Source: Paludibacteraceae bacterium
Lineage (GTDB): Bacteria > Bacteroidota > Bacteroidia > Bacteroidales > Paludibacteraceae
Direction: 5' to 3'
Assembly (NCBI GenBank): GCA_045601045.1
Contig: JAZRZA010000045.1
Location: 43,415 to 107,414 of the forward strand
Length of the DNA stretch: 64,000 nucleotides
The position numbers and the translations under genes are program-made. This document shows positions 27,508 through 36,769 of the stretch, in pieces. Every line of letters begins with the position of its first letter. Position 1 is the first letter of the stretch. Under the pieces are notes generated by a model that saw nothing but the letters and a program-made list of their open reading frames with translations, had not been told where the DNA came from and did not search any database.

Positions 27508-27549
27508 AAAGACCAAACGCCTGTCTATAGTGCGTTTGGTCTTTTTTTT
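27508..27549 (+). terminator. rho-independent terminator after pgi
   Basis: GACCAAACGC-N11-GCGTTTGGTC (10 bp, extendable by A/T pairs) followed by T8. It ends 8 nt before the dedA ATG. Confidence 0.8.
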
Positions 27550-27556
27550 GTATTCT

Positions 27557-28192
27557 ATGGCTGATTTTCTTCAGTGGTGTCTCGATAATTTGAATTATTG
27601 GACCGTAGCGCTCTTGATGGCTATCGAGAGCTCATTTATTCCCTTCCCATCTGAAATCGTGGTGCCGCCAGCGGCATACAAGGCGGCTGCGGGAGAATTG
27701 AATATTTTTGGCGTGGTCGGCGCGGCGTCAGTGGGTGCGATTATCGGCTCGTTGATCAACTATGTGATTTCTTATACCTTGGGACGCTCGTTTGTCTATT
27801 GGTTTGTGAATACGAAGTTTGGTCATCTATGCCTCCTTTCCCAGGAGAAGATGGAGAAGGCGGAGGCCTATTTCCGTGAGCATGGCGTATCGTCCACTTT
27901 GGTGGGAAGATTGGTTCCCGCCGTTCGTCAATTGATCTCCATTCCGGCGGGATTGTCTAAGATGAAGTTGCATACCTTTGTCCTCTTCACCTTCTTGGGC
28001 GCGTTTGTTTGGAATTCCATTTTGGCGGCTATCGGATATGGTTTGCATAGCGTCGTTTCGATGGATGAGTTGTCGAATGCTGTCTCTCAGTATAAACCCT
28101 ATTTGGCTGCGGGTGGTATTTTGCTGTTTGTCTGCTTTGTCGGATATTTAGTTATTTCAGGAAAAAAGAAAAAGAAAGAATCGGGAGAATAA
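27557..28192 (+). CDS. DedA-family inner-membrane protein
   Basis: Motifs ESSFIPFPSE and GRLVPAVRQLISIPAG, with 4-5 TM segments. The ATG at 27557 is preferred because the pgi terminator hairpin covers the GTG at 27530. Confidence 0.85.
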   Translation: MADFLQWCLDNLNYWTVALLMAIESSFIPFPSEIVVPPAAYKAAAGELNIFGVVGAASVGAIIGSLINYVISYTLGRSFVYWFVNTKFGHLCLLSQEKMEKAEAYFREHGVSSTLVGRLVPAVRQLISIPAGLSKMKLHTFVLFTFLGAFVWNSILAAIGYGLHSVVSMDELSNAVSQYKPYLAAGGILLFVCFVGYLVISGKKKKKESGE

Positions 28193-28217
28193 GGTTGTTC
28201 CCCCATTTACATAGTAG

Positions 28218-28249
28218 GAGGCGTTTCTTGGGAAACGTCTCTTTTTTTT
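28218..28249 (+). terminator. rho-independent terminator after dedA
   Basis: GAGGCGTTTC-TTGG-GAAACGTCTC (10 bp, one G-U) followed by T8. Confidence 0.7.
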
Positions 28250-28356
28250 CTTGATATTTTGTCGGAAAAATATGCTTGTGAGGTAGAAAATTGTTATATT
28301 CGCAATACGTTGGCTAAAGCGGGCTTTGGTTGGACGTTATTGAAAAACAGATTGAA

Positions 28357-29184
28357 ATGAAACACAAGCATATATTCGGATTGCGGGGAATGGAATGGAT
28401 CTTATGGGTGCTGGTCCCGATGATATTATTCTCTTCCTGTACATCAAAAAAGGAGATCGCCTATCTACAAGATCAGGAGGGTGCGGTCAGTGCGGCGACT
28501 GATTCGTTGTATGATGCCCGTATCAAGCCCAAGGACCTTCTGACCATCACAGTCAATACCTTCGACAAAGAGGCTTCGTTGCCTTTCAACCTGATGTATC
28601 CCGCCAGTTCTCCGAACGGCTACTCCAATAATATCGGCGAGAATGCGATGCAAAAATATTTGGTGGATAACGATGGAAGCATCGATTTCCCAGTGTTGGG
28701 GCGTGTCAAGGTCTCTGGTCTGACCAAGAAAGAGGTGGAGGCCTATTTAAGGGGCCGATTGAGCCACTATCTTAAGAATGAGCCGCTGGTCAATGTGCGG
28801 ATGGTGAATTATAAGATTTCCGTGATTGGCGAGGTGGCTCGACCCAATACCTACACTATCACGAATGAGAAGGTGAATGTCTTAGAAGCTTTGGCCTTAG
28901 CAGGAGATTTGACTATCTATGGTAAGAGAAAGAATGTGAAATTGATGCGGGAATCCGAATCGGGCGAACGTGGCGTATATGTGCTAGACCTAACGGATAA
29001 GAACCTGATCAATTCTCCTTATTTTTATCTTCAACAGAATGACGTTCTCTATGTGGAACCCAATAAGACCAAGATGAGAAACAGTCGTTATAGTGCTCTG
29101 ACCGGACAAATTTTGACCGGTACATCCGTTGTGGTTTCTGTGGCAAGTTTGATCGCCACACTTACAGTAAAAAGTAAAAAATAG
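28357..29184 (+). CDS. wza: polysaccharide export outer-membrane lipoprotein (Wza-like)
   Basis: Lipobox ILFSSC. Poly_export-type segment IKPKDLLTITV.......LPFN, SLBB-like VSGLTKKEVEAYL and ISVIGEV..P..Y, and a C-terminal hydrophobic helix. The ATG at 28357 is preferred over the TTG at 28330. Confidence 0.85.
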   Translation: MKHKHIFGLRGMEWILWVLVPMILFSSCTSKKEIAYLQDQEGAVSAATDSLYDARIKPKDLLTITVNTFDKEASLPFNLMYPASSPNGYSNNIGENAMQKYLVDNDGSIDFPVLGRVKVSGLTKKEVEAYLRGRLSHYLKNEPLVNVRMVNYKISVIGEVARPNTYTITNEKVNVLEALALAGDLTIYGKRKNVKLMRESESGERGVYVLDLTDKNLINSPYFYLQQNDVLYVEPNKTKMRNSRYSALTGQILTGTSVVVSVASLIATLTVKSKK

Positions 29185-29197
29185 CTAAAATCGTGAT

Positions 29198-31579
29198 ATG
29201 GTAAACGCCAAGCAAAATATTCAGTCGAATGAAATGGAAGAGGGAAGTGTTGACCTAAAAGACTTGGTCTATTCTTTCATTTCGCATTGGAAAATCTTCG
29301 CGATTTCCATGGGTGTCTGCCTCTTAGGCGCGCTTGCCTATTTGCATTTTACCATTCCCACCTATCGTGTCACTTCTAAGATTATGATCCGTGACGAGAA
29401 GCGCGGTGGGGGTTTTTTCTCCGAGATCTCTGTGTTCGATGATATTGATATGCTTTACAAGGCCAATACAGAGAACGAAGTGGAATTGTTGAAGTCCAAG
29501 ACATTGGTGAAAAATGTGATCTTGGAGCGTGGCTTGTATGTGGATTATTACGGAAAATCTTTCATGAAACGTCGTGATATATCATCGAATCCCCCAGTTG
29601 TCCTAGTGGATTCTTTGTTTGATCCAACACTTTTAAAGGGGACTTTAGAGGTGGAAATGAAGCGTCATGATGATAATTCCGTGCATGTGACTATGACTTA
29701 TGATCAAGAAGTGAGCCTTGACACTCTCTTCCACGATTTCCCGATTGAGATTCATACCATGGCGGGCCCCTTGTGTTTTGCGCTTACAGGGGATTGGCAT
29801 CGTAATGATGAATTCGGCACTGTTTTGGTGACTTTGAATCACCCCATTACCAAGGCGAAGTATTACATAAAACGTTTGACTTTGTCGCAGATGAGTAAGA
29901 ATTCCTCTATTGTGGAACTATTGCTCCATACGACCAATAAAGATCGAGGAGTCTCTTTCTTGAATGGTTTGATTGACATCTATAACCGTCAAGCGGTGGA
30001 GGAAAAAAACGAAGTGGCGACTAAAACAGCTCTTTTCATCGATAACCGTATCAAAGTATTGACCGAAGAGTTGGGAGAAACCGAGAAAAATCTGGAAAAA
30101 TACAAGAAGCGCGAAGGTTTGACCGAGCTTTCATCCAATGCGCAGGTCTATTTACAGAAAGGTACGGAGTATGAACAGAAACGTGTGGATTGTGAGACTC
30201 AGCTCAATTTGGTTTTGTCGTTGAAGAATTATCTGTTGGACGAATCTAATAGAGGCAATGTGATTCCGTCAAATATTGGCATCAATGATGCGGGATTGAT
30301 GGCTCAAATTAATCAATACAACAATCTTCTTTTGGCGCGAGTGAAATTATTGCAGACCACATCGGAGAATAATCCTGTTGTGGAGCAGCAGACGTTGCAG
30401 ATCAATGGGTTGTTCGAGAATATCAAATTATTGGTGAGCAACGTGGAAAAGGGGTTGAATATCTCCTTGTCCGATTTGGAACGTCAGGCGCAGAAGTTCC
30501 GTGGCCAAATTAGCAATGTGCCTACCCAAGAGCGTCTTTTTGTGGAGATAGAACGTCAGCGACAGATTCAACAACAGTTGTTCCTTCTTCTGCTCCAAAA
30601 ACGAGAAGAGAATGCTTTGACAATGGCTGCCACTTTGAATTGCGCGAAAGTGGTGGATGAAAGTTTAGCGGATGATAAGCCAATTGCTCCTAAGAGTGCC
30701 TTGGTCTTATTCCTTGCGGTTGTTTTAGGATTGGTGTTGCCGATTGTATATGTTTATTTAAAACGTTTCTTCTCTTTTAATGTGGAGAATGCGGATGAAT
30801 TGGAGAGTGAGAAACTGACGACTTTGCCAGTTTTGGCGGAGTTGCCCTATAAAGAGGCGAAGTTGAGTGATGAAAAATGGCGGATGGTTTGTGAAGAGCC
30901 TTTCCGTTTACTTCGTACCAATTTGCAGTTTATTCAACGAAACAAGGAAAGCAAAGTGATGTTGGTCACATCGTTCATCCCTAACGAAGGAAAAACGTTT
31001 GTGGCAAGTAATGTCGCACTCTCTTTCGCCACGCTGTCGAAAAGAATTCTATTAGTGGGTGCTGATATCCGTAATCCTCAAATACAGAGTTATTTCCCTG
31101 AAAAGGTTGAAAATGGGCTCTCCAATTACCTTTCGAATGAGTCGTTGCGAGTGGAGGATATCATTGTCCGGACGGAACATGCCAATTTGGATGTTATTCA
31201 TGCGGGTCAGGTGCCTCCTAATCCGACTGAGTTATTGTCACGTGCCCGTTGGGACGAGTTGTTCGCTGAGTTGCGCAACCGATATGACTATATATTAATT
31301 GATTCGGCTCCTGTTTCCATTGTCACCGATACTTTGGTCCTTTCCAGAGTGGCGGATGTGACGGTTTTTGTATGCCGTTCAAGATTCTTGAGTAAACGAT
31401 GCTTCAAGTATATCAATAATTTGGCGGAGGAAGAACGTTTGCCGAATGTCGGAATTGTACTCAATGCGGTTCGTAAGTCGAAGAGCAGCCAATATGGTGA
31501 TAGTTACGGATATGGCTATGGTTATGGTTACGGCTATGGTTATGGCTATGGCCATCGACACAAGCAAAATTCAGATTGA
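29198..31579 (+). CDS. wzc: Wzc-like polysaccharide co-polymerase / BY-tyrosine kinase with a (YG)8 C-terminal tail
   Basis: 793 aa. N-terminal Wzz-type domain with two TM segments and a long coiled-coil periplasmic region. C-terminal kinase with Walker A SFIPNEGKTFVASN, Walker A' LLVGADIRNP and Walker B ILIDSAPV. Terminal Tyr cluster YGDSYGYGYGYGYGYGYGYGH. Confidence 0.9.
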   Translation: MVNAKQNIQSNEMEEGSVDLKDLVYSFISHWKIFAISMGVCLLGALAYLHFTIPTYRVTSKIMIRDEKRGGGFFSEISVFDDIDMLYKANTENEVELLKSKTLVKNVILERGLYVDYYGKSFMKRRDISSNPPVVLVDSLFDPTLLKGTLEVEMKRHDDNSVHVTMTYDQEVSLDTLFHDFPIEIHTMAGPLCFALTGDWHRNDEFGTVLVTLNHPITKAKYYIKRLTLSQMSKNSSIVELLLHTTNKDRGVSFLNGLIDIYNRQAVEEKNEVATKTALFIDNRIKVLTEELGETEKNLEKYKKREGLTELSSNAQVYLQKGTEYEQKRVDCETQLNLVLSLKNYLLDESNRGNVIPSNIGINDAGLMAQINQYNNLLLARVKLLQTTSENNPVVEQQTLQINGLFENIKLLVSNVEKGLNISLSDLERQAQKFRGQISNVPTQERLFVEIERQRQIQQQLFLLLLQKREENALTMAATLNCAKVVDESLADDKPIAPKSALVLFLAVVLGLVLPIVYVYLKRFFSFNVENADELESEKLTTLPVLAELPYKEAKLSDEKWRMVCEEPFRLLRTNLQFIQRNKESKVMLVTSFIPNEGKTFVASNVALSFATLSKRILLVGADIRNPQIQSYFPEKVENGLSNYLSNESLRVEDIIVRTEHANLDVIHAGQVPPNPTELLSRARWDELFAELRNRYDYILIDSAPVSIVTDTLVLSRVADVTVFVCRSRFLSKRCFKYINNLAEEERLPNVGIVLNAVRKSKSSQYGDSYGYGYGYGYGYGYGYGHRHKQNSD
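31505..31552 (+). repeat. hexanucleotide (TAY GGN)x8 coding microsatellite = (Tyr-Gly)8
   Basis: TACGGA TATGGC TATGGT TATGGT TACGGC TATGGT TATGGC TATGGC, read directly in the wzc frame. Confidence 0.95.
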
Positions 31580-31604
31580 TAGTTGATGCTATTTGGGTAA
31601 GTGT

Positions 31605-32897
31605 ATGGATATTTCATTGGACAATATACGTATTGGTGTGATTGGATTGGGGTATGTAGGCCTTCCACTGGCTCGTCTCTTTTCCACCCGATACAAGACA
31701 GTAGGATTTGATAAAAATAGCGCCCGTATTGAGGGATTGCGAAAAGGTCATGACGATACGTTGGAAGTGAGTGACGAACTGCTCTCCGATGCGTTGAAGC
31801 GAGGCTTTTATTGTACTTCCGAAATTGAGGAGATCAGAGATTGTAATTTCTATGTGGTGGCAGTTCCTACGCCAGTGGACAATGATAATGTGCCTGATTT
31901 GGCCCCATTGTATGGCGCAAGTGAAATGGTCGGCCGTGTGATCGCGAAGGGAGATATTGTTGTTTACGAATCTACGGTCTATCCCGGTGTGACGGAGGAT
32001 GAGTGTATTCCCATTATAGAACGTGTCTCCGGATTGAAGTTCAACCAAGATTTCTTTGCGGGTTACTCTCCCGAGCGGATCAATCCTGGTGATAAGGAAC
32101 ATAGTGTTGAGAAGATCATCAAGGTGACTTCCGGATCTACTCCGGAGGTGGCAGACCTAGTCGATCGGGTTTACAACTCCGTTTTGGAGAACGGTACCCA
32201 CAAAGCCTCTTCCATTCGTGTGGCGGAGGCGAGTAAAATCATTGAAAATTCGCAACGTGATGTCAACATCGCCTTTATGAATGAGTTGGCCAAGATATTC
32301 AATGCGATGGATATTGATACCAGTGATGTGATAGAAGCGGCTGCCACCAAGTGGAATTTCATTAAAATGAAACCTGGCTTGGTGGGTGGACACTGTATCT
32401 CTGTGGATCCATACTACCTGATTCAAAAGGCGGAAGTCTATGGCGTATTGCCCCGTGTGATGATTTCCGCACGTCGTTTGAATGATGGTATGGGCGCTTA
32501 TGTGGCGGAACAGACCATTAAATGCATGAACAAAAAGGGCTTGATGGTAAAGGATTCCAAAATTTTGCTGCTTGGCTTTACCTTTAAGGAGAATTGTCCT
32601 GACATCCGTAACACCAAGGTGGCCGATATTTATCAAACGCTATGCGAATATACTCACCATATTGAGGTCTATGATCCTTGGGCCGATGCGGAGAAGGTAA
32701 AGACGAAATACGGCATCTCTTTGTCGAAAAGAAATTTTTCCGAGATGAAGGGATGTTTTGATGCGGTGATATTGGCAGTTTCACACAATGAGTTCAAAAA
32801 TTTGGATGTGCGCTCGCTTCTTTCCGATAGCGAGATTGGTGTGGTCTATGATGTGAAGAGTTTCCTTCCGAAAGAGATGGTGGATGGTCGGTTGTGA
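31605..32897 (+). CDS. UDP-sugar (N-acetylhexosamine-type) 6-dehydrogenase, TviB/WbpO/Cap5O-like
   Basis: Rossmann start IGVIGLGYVGLPLA, catalytic-Cys block GLVGGHCISVDPYYL, and typical ~430 aa length. Substrate specificity cannot be told from the sequence alone. Confidence 0.85.
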   Translation: MDISLDNIRIGVIGLGYVGLPLARLFSTRYKTVGFDKNSARIEGLRKGHDDTLEVSDELLSDALKRGFYCTSEIEEIRDCNFYVVAVPTPVDNDNVPDLAPLYGASEMVGRVIAKGDIVVYESTVYPGVTEDECIPIIERVSGLKFNQDFFAGYSPERINPGDKEHSVEKIIKVTSGSTPEVADLVDRVYNSVLENGTHKASSIRVAEASKIIENSQRDVNIAFMNELAKIFNAMDIDTSDVIEAAATKWNFIKMKPGLVGGHCISVDPYYLIQKAEVYGVLPRVMISARRLNDGMGAYVAEQTIKCMNKKGLMVKDSKILLLGFTFKENCPDIRNTKVADIYQTLCEYTHHIEVYDPWADAEKVKTKYGISLSKRNFSEMKGCFDAVILAVSHNEFKNLDVRSLLSDSEIGVVYDVKSFLPKEMVDGRL

Positions 32898-32927
32898 TAT
32901 TAATACTCTTATGTAATTCTAATCTGA

Positions 32928-34406
32928 ATGCCAGAGTCGTTATATAAAAATATTATAATAGGCACAAAATGGTCCGCGATAACTGAGTTGGTGGCTAAAA
33001 TAGCATCCTCTCTTGTCTCATTAACCCTTGCGCGTCTTTTGGCTCCTGAAGCCTTTGGCGTGGTGGCTTCCGTGATGATGATAGTCTCCTTTGCGCAGAT
33101 CTTCACAGATGCTGGATTCCAAAAGTATATTGTACAGCATGAGAATAAAGGTGAGGAAGATCTGTCTCAAATAACCAATGTCGCTTTTTGGAGTAATTTG
33201 GTGTTGTCAATCCTTCTCTGGCTATTGATATTTGTGTGCCGAGATGCTTTGTCCTCTTTGGTGGGATGTCCCAGTAAGGGGGCTGTTTTGTCTGTTGCCG
33301 CGCTTGCGATTCCCTTTTCCGGTTTTTCTTCTATTCAGATGGCATTATACAAGCGCAAGTTTGACTTTAAGACATTGTTTAGATTCCGTTTGGTCAACTT
33401 GCTTGTGCCCTTGCTTGTGACCATACCCCTGGCTTTTTTATGGCACAGTTATTGGGCGATTGTTATAGGCACATTGTCGGTTCATATTTTAAACGGTTTT
33501 TTGTTTATATATTTCTCCTCATGGCGGCCTGGTTTTTATTTTTCGTTTCCTTTGCTGAAACAGATGCTGTCATTCTCTTCTTGGTCACTTTTTGATTCAC
33601 TTTCTGTTTGGCTGACCGCCACTGTGGATGTTTTTATTGTTGGCGTTATGCTCAGTCAACATGCCTTAGGTCTTTATAAAACATCTATTATTCTTGTCTC
33701 GCAGATCTTTTGTGTCGTGACCTCCGTGGCAAATCCAATATTGTTTTCCGCACTTTCTCGTTTACAGAATGATAAAGAGGAGTTTTTCGCTCTCTTCTTT
33801 AAGTTTCAACGTTATGTTTCATTGTTGGTTTTCCCTATAGGATTGGTTGTCTTCTCTTATAATGACTGGGTAACTTATCTCTTTTTGGGGGAACAGTGGA
33901 TGGAAGCCTCTTTCTTCATCGGTTTTTTTGGCCTTGTATTTCCTCTAGTCGTAACTGTGTCTCGTTTTTGTAGTGAAATTTATCGTTCATTGGGGAAGCC
34001 AAAATTGTCAGTGTTGGCACAGTGGTTATATATTTTTCTTTTGTGTCCATCCTTGTATTTCTCTGTTAAAGCCGGTTGGGAACAAGTATGTGCCGCGCGT
34101 GTGTATGTGACCATAGCTTTCGTCGGGATACATTTGATGATTATGTGGCGTGTGATAAAGAAAAGTCCGATAGTTATGATAGAGAATATTATTCCGTTAT
34201 GCGCTTTGATGATTGCGTTAATTCTTGTCGCGCATTATTTGAGAGGCGTTGATGGATCGTTTATTTGGCAAGTTATTACTTTGTTGATTGTGGTAACCCT
34301 TTATGTCGTTGGTCTTTTCCTTTTCCCAAGGCAAAGGATGGATGTAAAGGGATTGTGGGATTATTTCCTGCGTCAATCAAAATCTGAACGTAATACATTC
34401 GTATGA
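32928..34406 (+). CDS. wzx: Wzx-type oligosaccharide flippase (MOP superfamily)
   Basis: 492 aa with ~12-14 TM segments. N-terminus has K..I.GT.WSAI.....K....L..L.LARLL.PE.FG, typical of polysaccharide biosynthesis flippases. Very AT-rich. Confidence 0.8.
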   Translation: MPESLYKNIIIGTKWSAITELVAKIASSLVSLTLARLLAPEAFGVVASVMMIVSFAQIFTDAGFQKYIVQHENKGEEDLSQITNVAFWSNLVLSILLWLLIFVCRDALSSLVGCPSKGAVLSVAALAIPFSGFSSIQMALYKRKFDFKTLFRFRLVNLLVPLLVTIPLAFLWHSYWAIVIGTLSVHILNGFLFIYFSSWRPGFYFSFPLLKQMLSFSSWSLFDSLSVWLTATVDVFIVGVMLSQHALGLYKTSIILVSQIFCVVTSVANPILFSALSRLQNDKEEFFALFFKFQRYVSLLVFPIGLVVFSYNDWVTYLFLGEQWMEASFFIGFFGLVFPLVVTVSRFCSEIYRSLGKPKLSVLAQWLYIFLLCPSLYFSVKAGWEQVCAARVYVTIAFVGIHLMIMWRVIKKSPIVMIENIIPLCALMIALILVAHYLRGVDGSFIWQVITLLIVVTLYVVGLFLFPRQRMDVKGLWDYFLRQSKSERNTFV

Positions 34407-35632
34407 TTGTAAAGGAGCGTTGCATATTATATCTATATTTTCTCTTGTGGTTCTTGTATGAATTGCAAGGATTGTTTTGGTCCGCGGGAAACGCTCTTTC
34501 CCTGGCGGTTATTGCGCTATTGACCTTCCTATCTGTCTTTTATGCGGTAAAGGTCAATTTGGAATTTGGGCAGAAGTTGCTTTTTCTCACCGCATTGAAT
34601 CTGTTGGTTCTGATGTTTACTCTCTATGGTGTCATCTATACAATAGAGGGCCCACGGGCTACTTTGGGTGTTACGCAAAGCAAACCCTATAACTATCTGA
34701 AAGCAATATATAACTCATTATTACCCATCTACACCTTCTATTATTTCGCTAGAAAAGGTATATTGAATCATAAGTTACTGACAAGAATTGTTTTTCTCTT
34801 CTTCTTTATGGCAGTTGCTTCTTATTGGCATTTTGAGGAGGAAGTTAAGTCTAATTATCAGGCGATTGGCGTTGGAAAGGAAGATGTTGTCAATTATGAG
34901 TGCTATGCGTTCCTTTCCCTCTTTACAGTGCTGACAGTGTATTACAAACGGGTTTGGGTTCAATCTTTAGGCGTGATAATTGTAATGACTTTTATCTTTA
35001 TGGGTATGAAACGTGGTGCCATACTGATTGGAATTTTGTGCACCATGTGGTATTCCTATGAGATGTTTAAGAATGCGAAAGGGTATAGGAAGATTCTGAT
35101 ATTGATTGCCTTTACATCTTCGATTCTTTTCTTGTCCTATTTGGTATATTATTTGTTGGAAACCAATGAGCTTTTCAATAATCGTTTCCAGTCCACATTG
35201 GAAGGAAATACGAGTGGAAGGGATTGGTTGTTCTATGCGTTCTATTATCACTTTATATATAATACCAGTGCCCTTCAGTTCTTCTTTGGTTCAGGAGCGA
35301 ATGCTACTCTTAGCATTTCGTACAATTATGCGCACAACGATTGGCTAGAGTTGGCCGTTAATCAGGGAGTCTTGGGATTATCTTTGTATCTCTTTTTCTG
35401 GTATGCTTTTTTCCGTTCTTGGAAATTGATGGATCGAAATCACTATACCTATTTCACCTTTGGTCTTCTGATCATGATCTGTTTTTTGAAAACATTCTTC
35501 TCTCGTACCTATGGCGACATGGATATATATTCCACTTGTATGTTGGGGTATTGTTTGGGTTCTATCCACCCGAAAGGAGCCTTGAATAGAGCGGTTTCTA
35601 GTGAAGAGGAACAAGGTGTGACGCAAAATTGA
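34403..35632 (+). CDS. wzy: Wzy-type O-antigen/capsule polymerase (O-antigen ligase family)
   Basis: 409 aa with ~10 TM segments. Wzy_C-like loop YNYAHNDWLELAVNQGVLGL. The start overlaps the wzx stop by 4 nt. Confidence 0.75.
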   Translation: MIVKERCILYLYFLLWFLYELQGLFWSAGNALSLAVIALLTFLSVFYAVKVNLEFGQKLLFLTALNLLVLMFTLYGVIYTIEGPRATLGVTQSKPYNYLKAIYNSLLPIYTFYYFARKGILNHKLLTRIVFLFFFMAVASYWHFEEEVKSNYQAIGVGKEDVVNYECYAFLSLFTVLTVYYKRVWVQSLGVIIVMTFIFMGMKRGAILIGILCTMWYSYEMFKNAKGYRKILILIAFTSSILFLSYLVYYLLETNELFNNRFQSTLEGNTSGRDWLFYAFYYHFIYNTSALQFFFGSGANATLSISYNYAHNDWLELAVNQGVLGLSLYLFFWYAFFRSWKLMDRNHYTYFTFGLLIMICFLKTFFSRTYGDMDIYSTCMLGYCLGSIHPKGALNRAVSSEEEQGVTQN

Positions 35633-35640
35633 ATCGTGTT

Positions 35641-36768
35641 ATGAATATCACCATAATAACCCCGGGATACCCATACAAGCAGGACAACGCTTACGCCTTC
35701 GTAAAACAGTTGGTGGATGAGTTCGCCCGCCAAGGCGTATCGTGTGTGGTGATCGCGCCCAACAGTGTGGTGAGCCAGCGGCGTATCTGCCCGAAGGTGA
35801 CGCAAGAAGGACCGGCGGGTGGCGCCTCCGTGACCGTTTATCGCCCCAATATCCTCTCCTTTTCGAGTTGGAAGATCGGCGGTAAGTCGATCTCCCGGCT
35901 GATACGTCGCCGTGCGGTTGAGCGGGTGCTTCGTCGCTTGCCACAAGAGCCCGATCTCATCTACGGCCACTTCTGGGTGTCTGGTTGGATGGGGTATCGG
36001 TATGCCAAGAAGCATGCTATCCCTCTCTTTGTGGCGACGGGAGAGAGTGATATCCAAGCCATGTTTCCCTTTTCGGCTGACGATCAATCCTTCTACGATT
36101 ACGTCAGTGGCGTAGTGGCGGTTTCCGAGAAGAATCGACAAGAGAGCGTCGCCTTGAGAATGACGACAATGGATCGTTGCGAGGTCTTTCCGAATGGTGT
36201 CGATTCCAACCTCTTTCGCCCCATGGATCGGGCCGCTTGCAGAGGGGCGTTGGGGATTGCTGAGGATTCTTTTGTCCTCTCGTATGTGGGTGCTTTTTCC
36301 AAAAGGAAGGGCGTGGATCGTCTCTCCGAAGCCATTCGAAGCGTGCCGGGTGAGTGTGTCTGCTCTCTCTTCATCGGCGAGGGCGCTCTTCGTCCCGATT
36401 GTGACCATATCCTCCATTGCGGACCGGTCGCGCACGACCAGTTGCCGCTCTATCTGAACGCCTCGGATCTCTTTGTCTTGCCCACCTTGAAGGAGGGGTG
36501 TTGCAACGCGATCGTGGAGGCGATGGCCTGTGGCCTTCCCGTCATATCTTCCGACAGGGATTTCAACGATGGTTTGTTGGATGAGCGCAACGCCATACGG
36601 ATTGCTCCGATGGATGTGGAGGCCTTGGCACGAGCGATTGCCCGTCTGCGTGACGATGAGGCGACTCGTCATCGAATGGGGGAGGCGAGTTTGCGTCGTG
36701 CCCAGCCATTGCGGATAGAGGACCGTGCCGCTTGCATACTTCGTTTTTTTACCTCTAAAATGATTTGA
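35641..36768 (+). CDS. glycosyltransferase family 4 (GT-B)
   Basis: Motifs ITPGYP...D...AFV..L..E.A..G and C-terminal EG..NAIVEAMACGLPVISSD (E-x7-E region). This is the first gene of the GC-rich block. Confidence 0.85.
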   Translation: MNITIITPGYPYKQDNAYAFVKQLVDEFARQGVSCVVIAPNSVVSQRRICPKVTQEGPAGGASVTVYRPNILSFSSWKIGGKSISRLIRRRAVERVLRRLPQEPDLIYGHFWVSGWMGYRYAKKHAIPLFVATGESDIQAMFPFSADDQSFYDYVSGVVAVSEKNRQESVALRMTTMDRCEVFPNGVDSNLFRPMDRAACRGALGIAEDSFVLSYVGAFSKRKGVDRLSEAIRSVPGECVCSLFIGEGALRPDCDHILHCGPVAHDQLPLYLNASDLFVLPTLKEGCCNAIVEAMACGLPVISSDRDFNDGLLDERNAIRIAPMDVEALARAIARLRDDEATRHRMGEASLRRAQPLRIEDRAACILRFFTSKMI

Positions 36769-36769
36769 G

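Noticed and set aside
28193-28356. Looked for a Bacteroides-style invertible promoter (flanking inverted repeats) or upxY/upxZ regulators in front of the capsule locus.
   Set aside because: Only the dedA terminator and a trivial 7-bp AT-rich inverted repeat (ATATTTT/AAAATAT) are present. There is no long inverted repeat pair, no recombinase and no NusG-like UpxY gene, and the locus starts directly with wza.
35509-36672. 387-aa ORF on the minus strand, as long as the GT4 gene it overlaps.
   Set aside because: It lies antisense to a gene with clear GT4 motifs. Its translation is Arg/Gly/His/Leu-rich low-complexity sequence with no motifs. Its length is explained by the stop-codon-poor, GC-rich composition of this block. 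I treat it as a shadow ORF.
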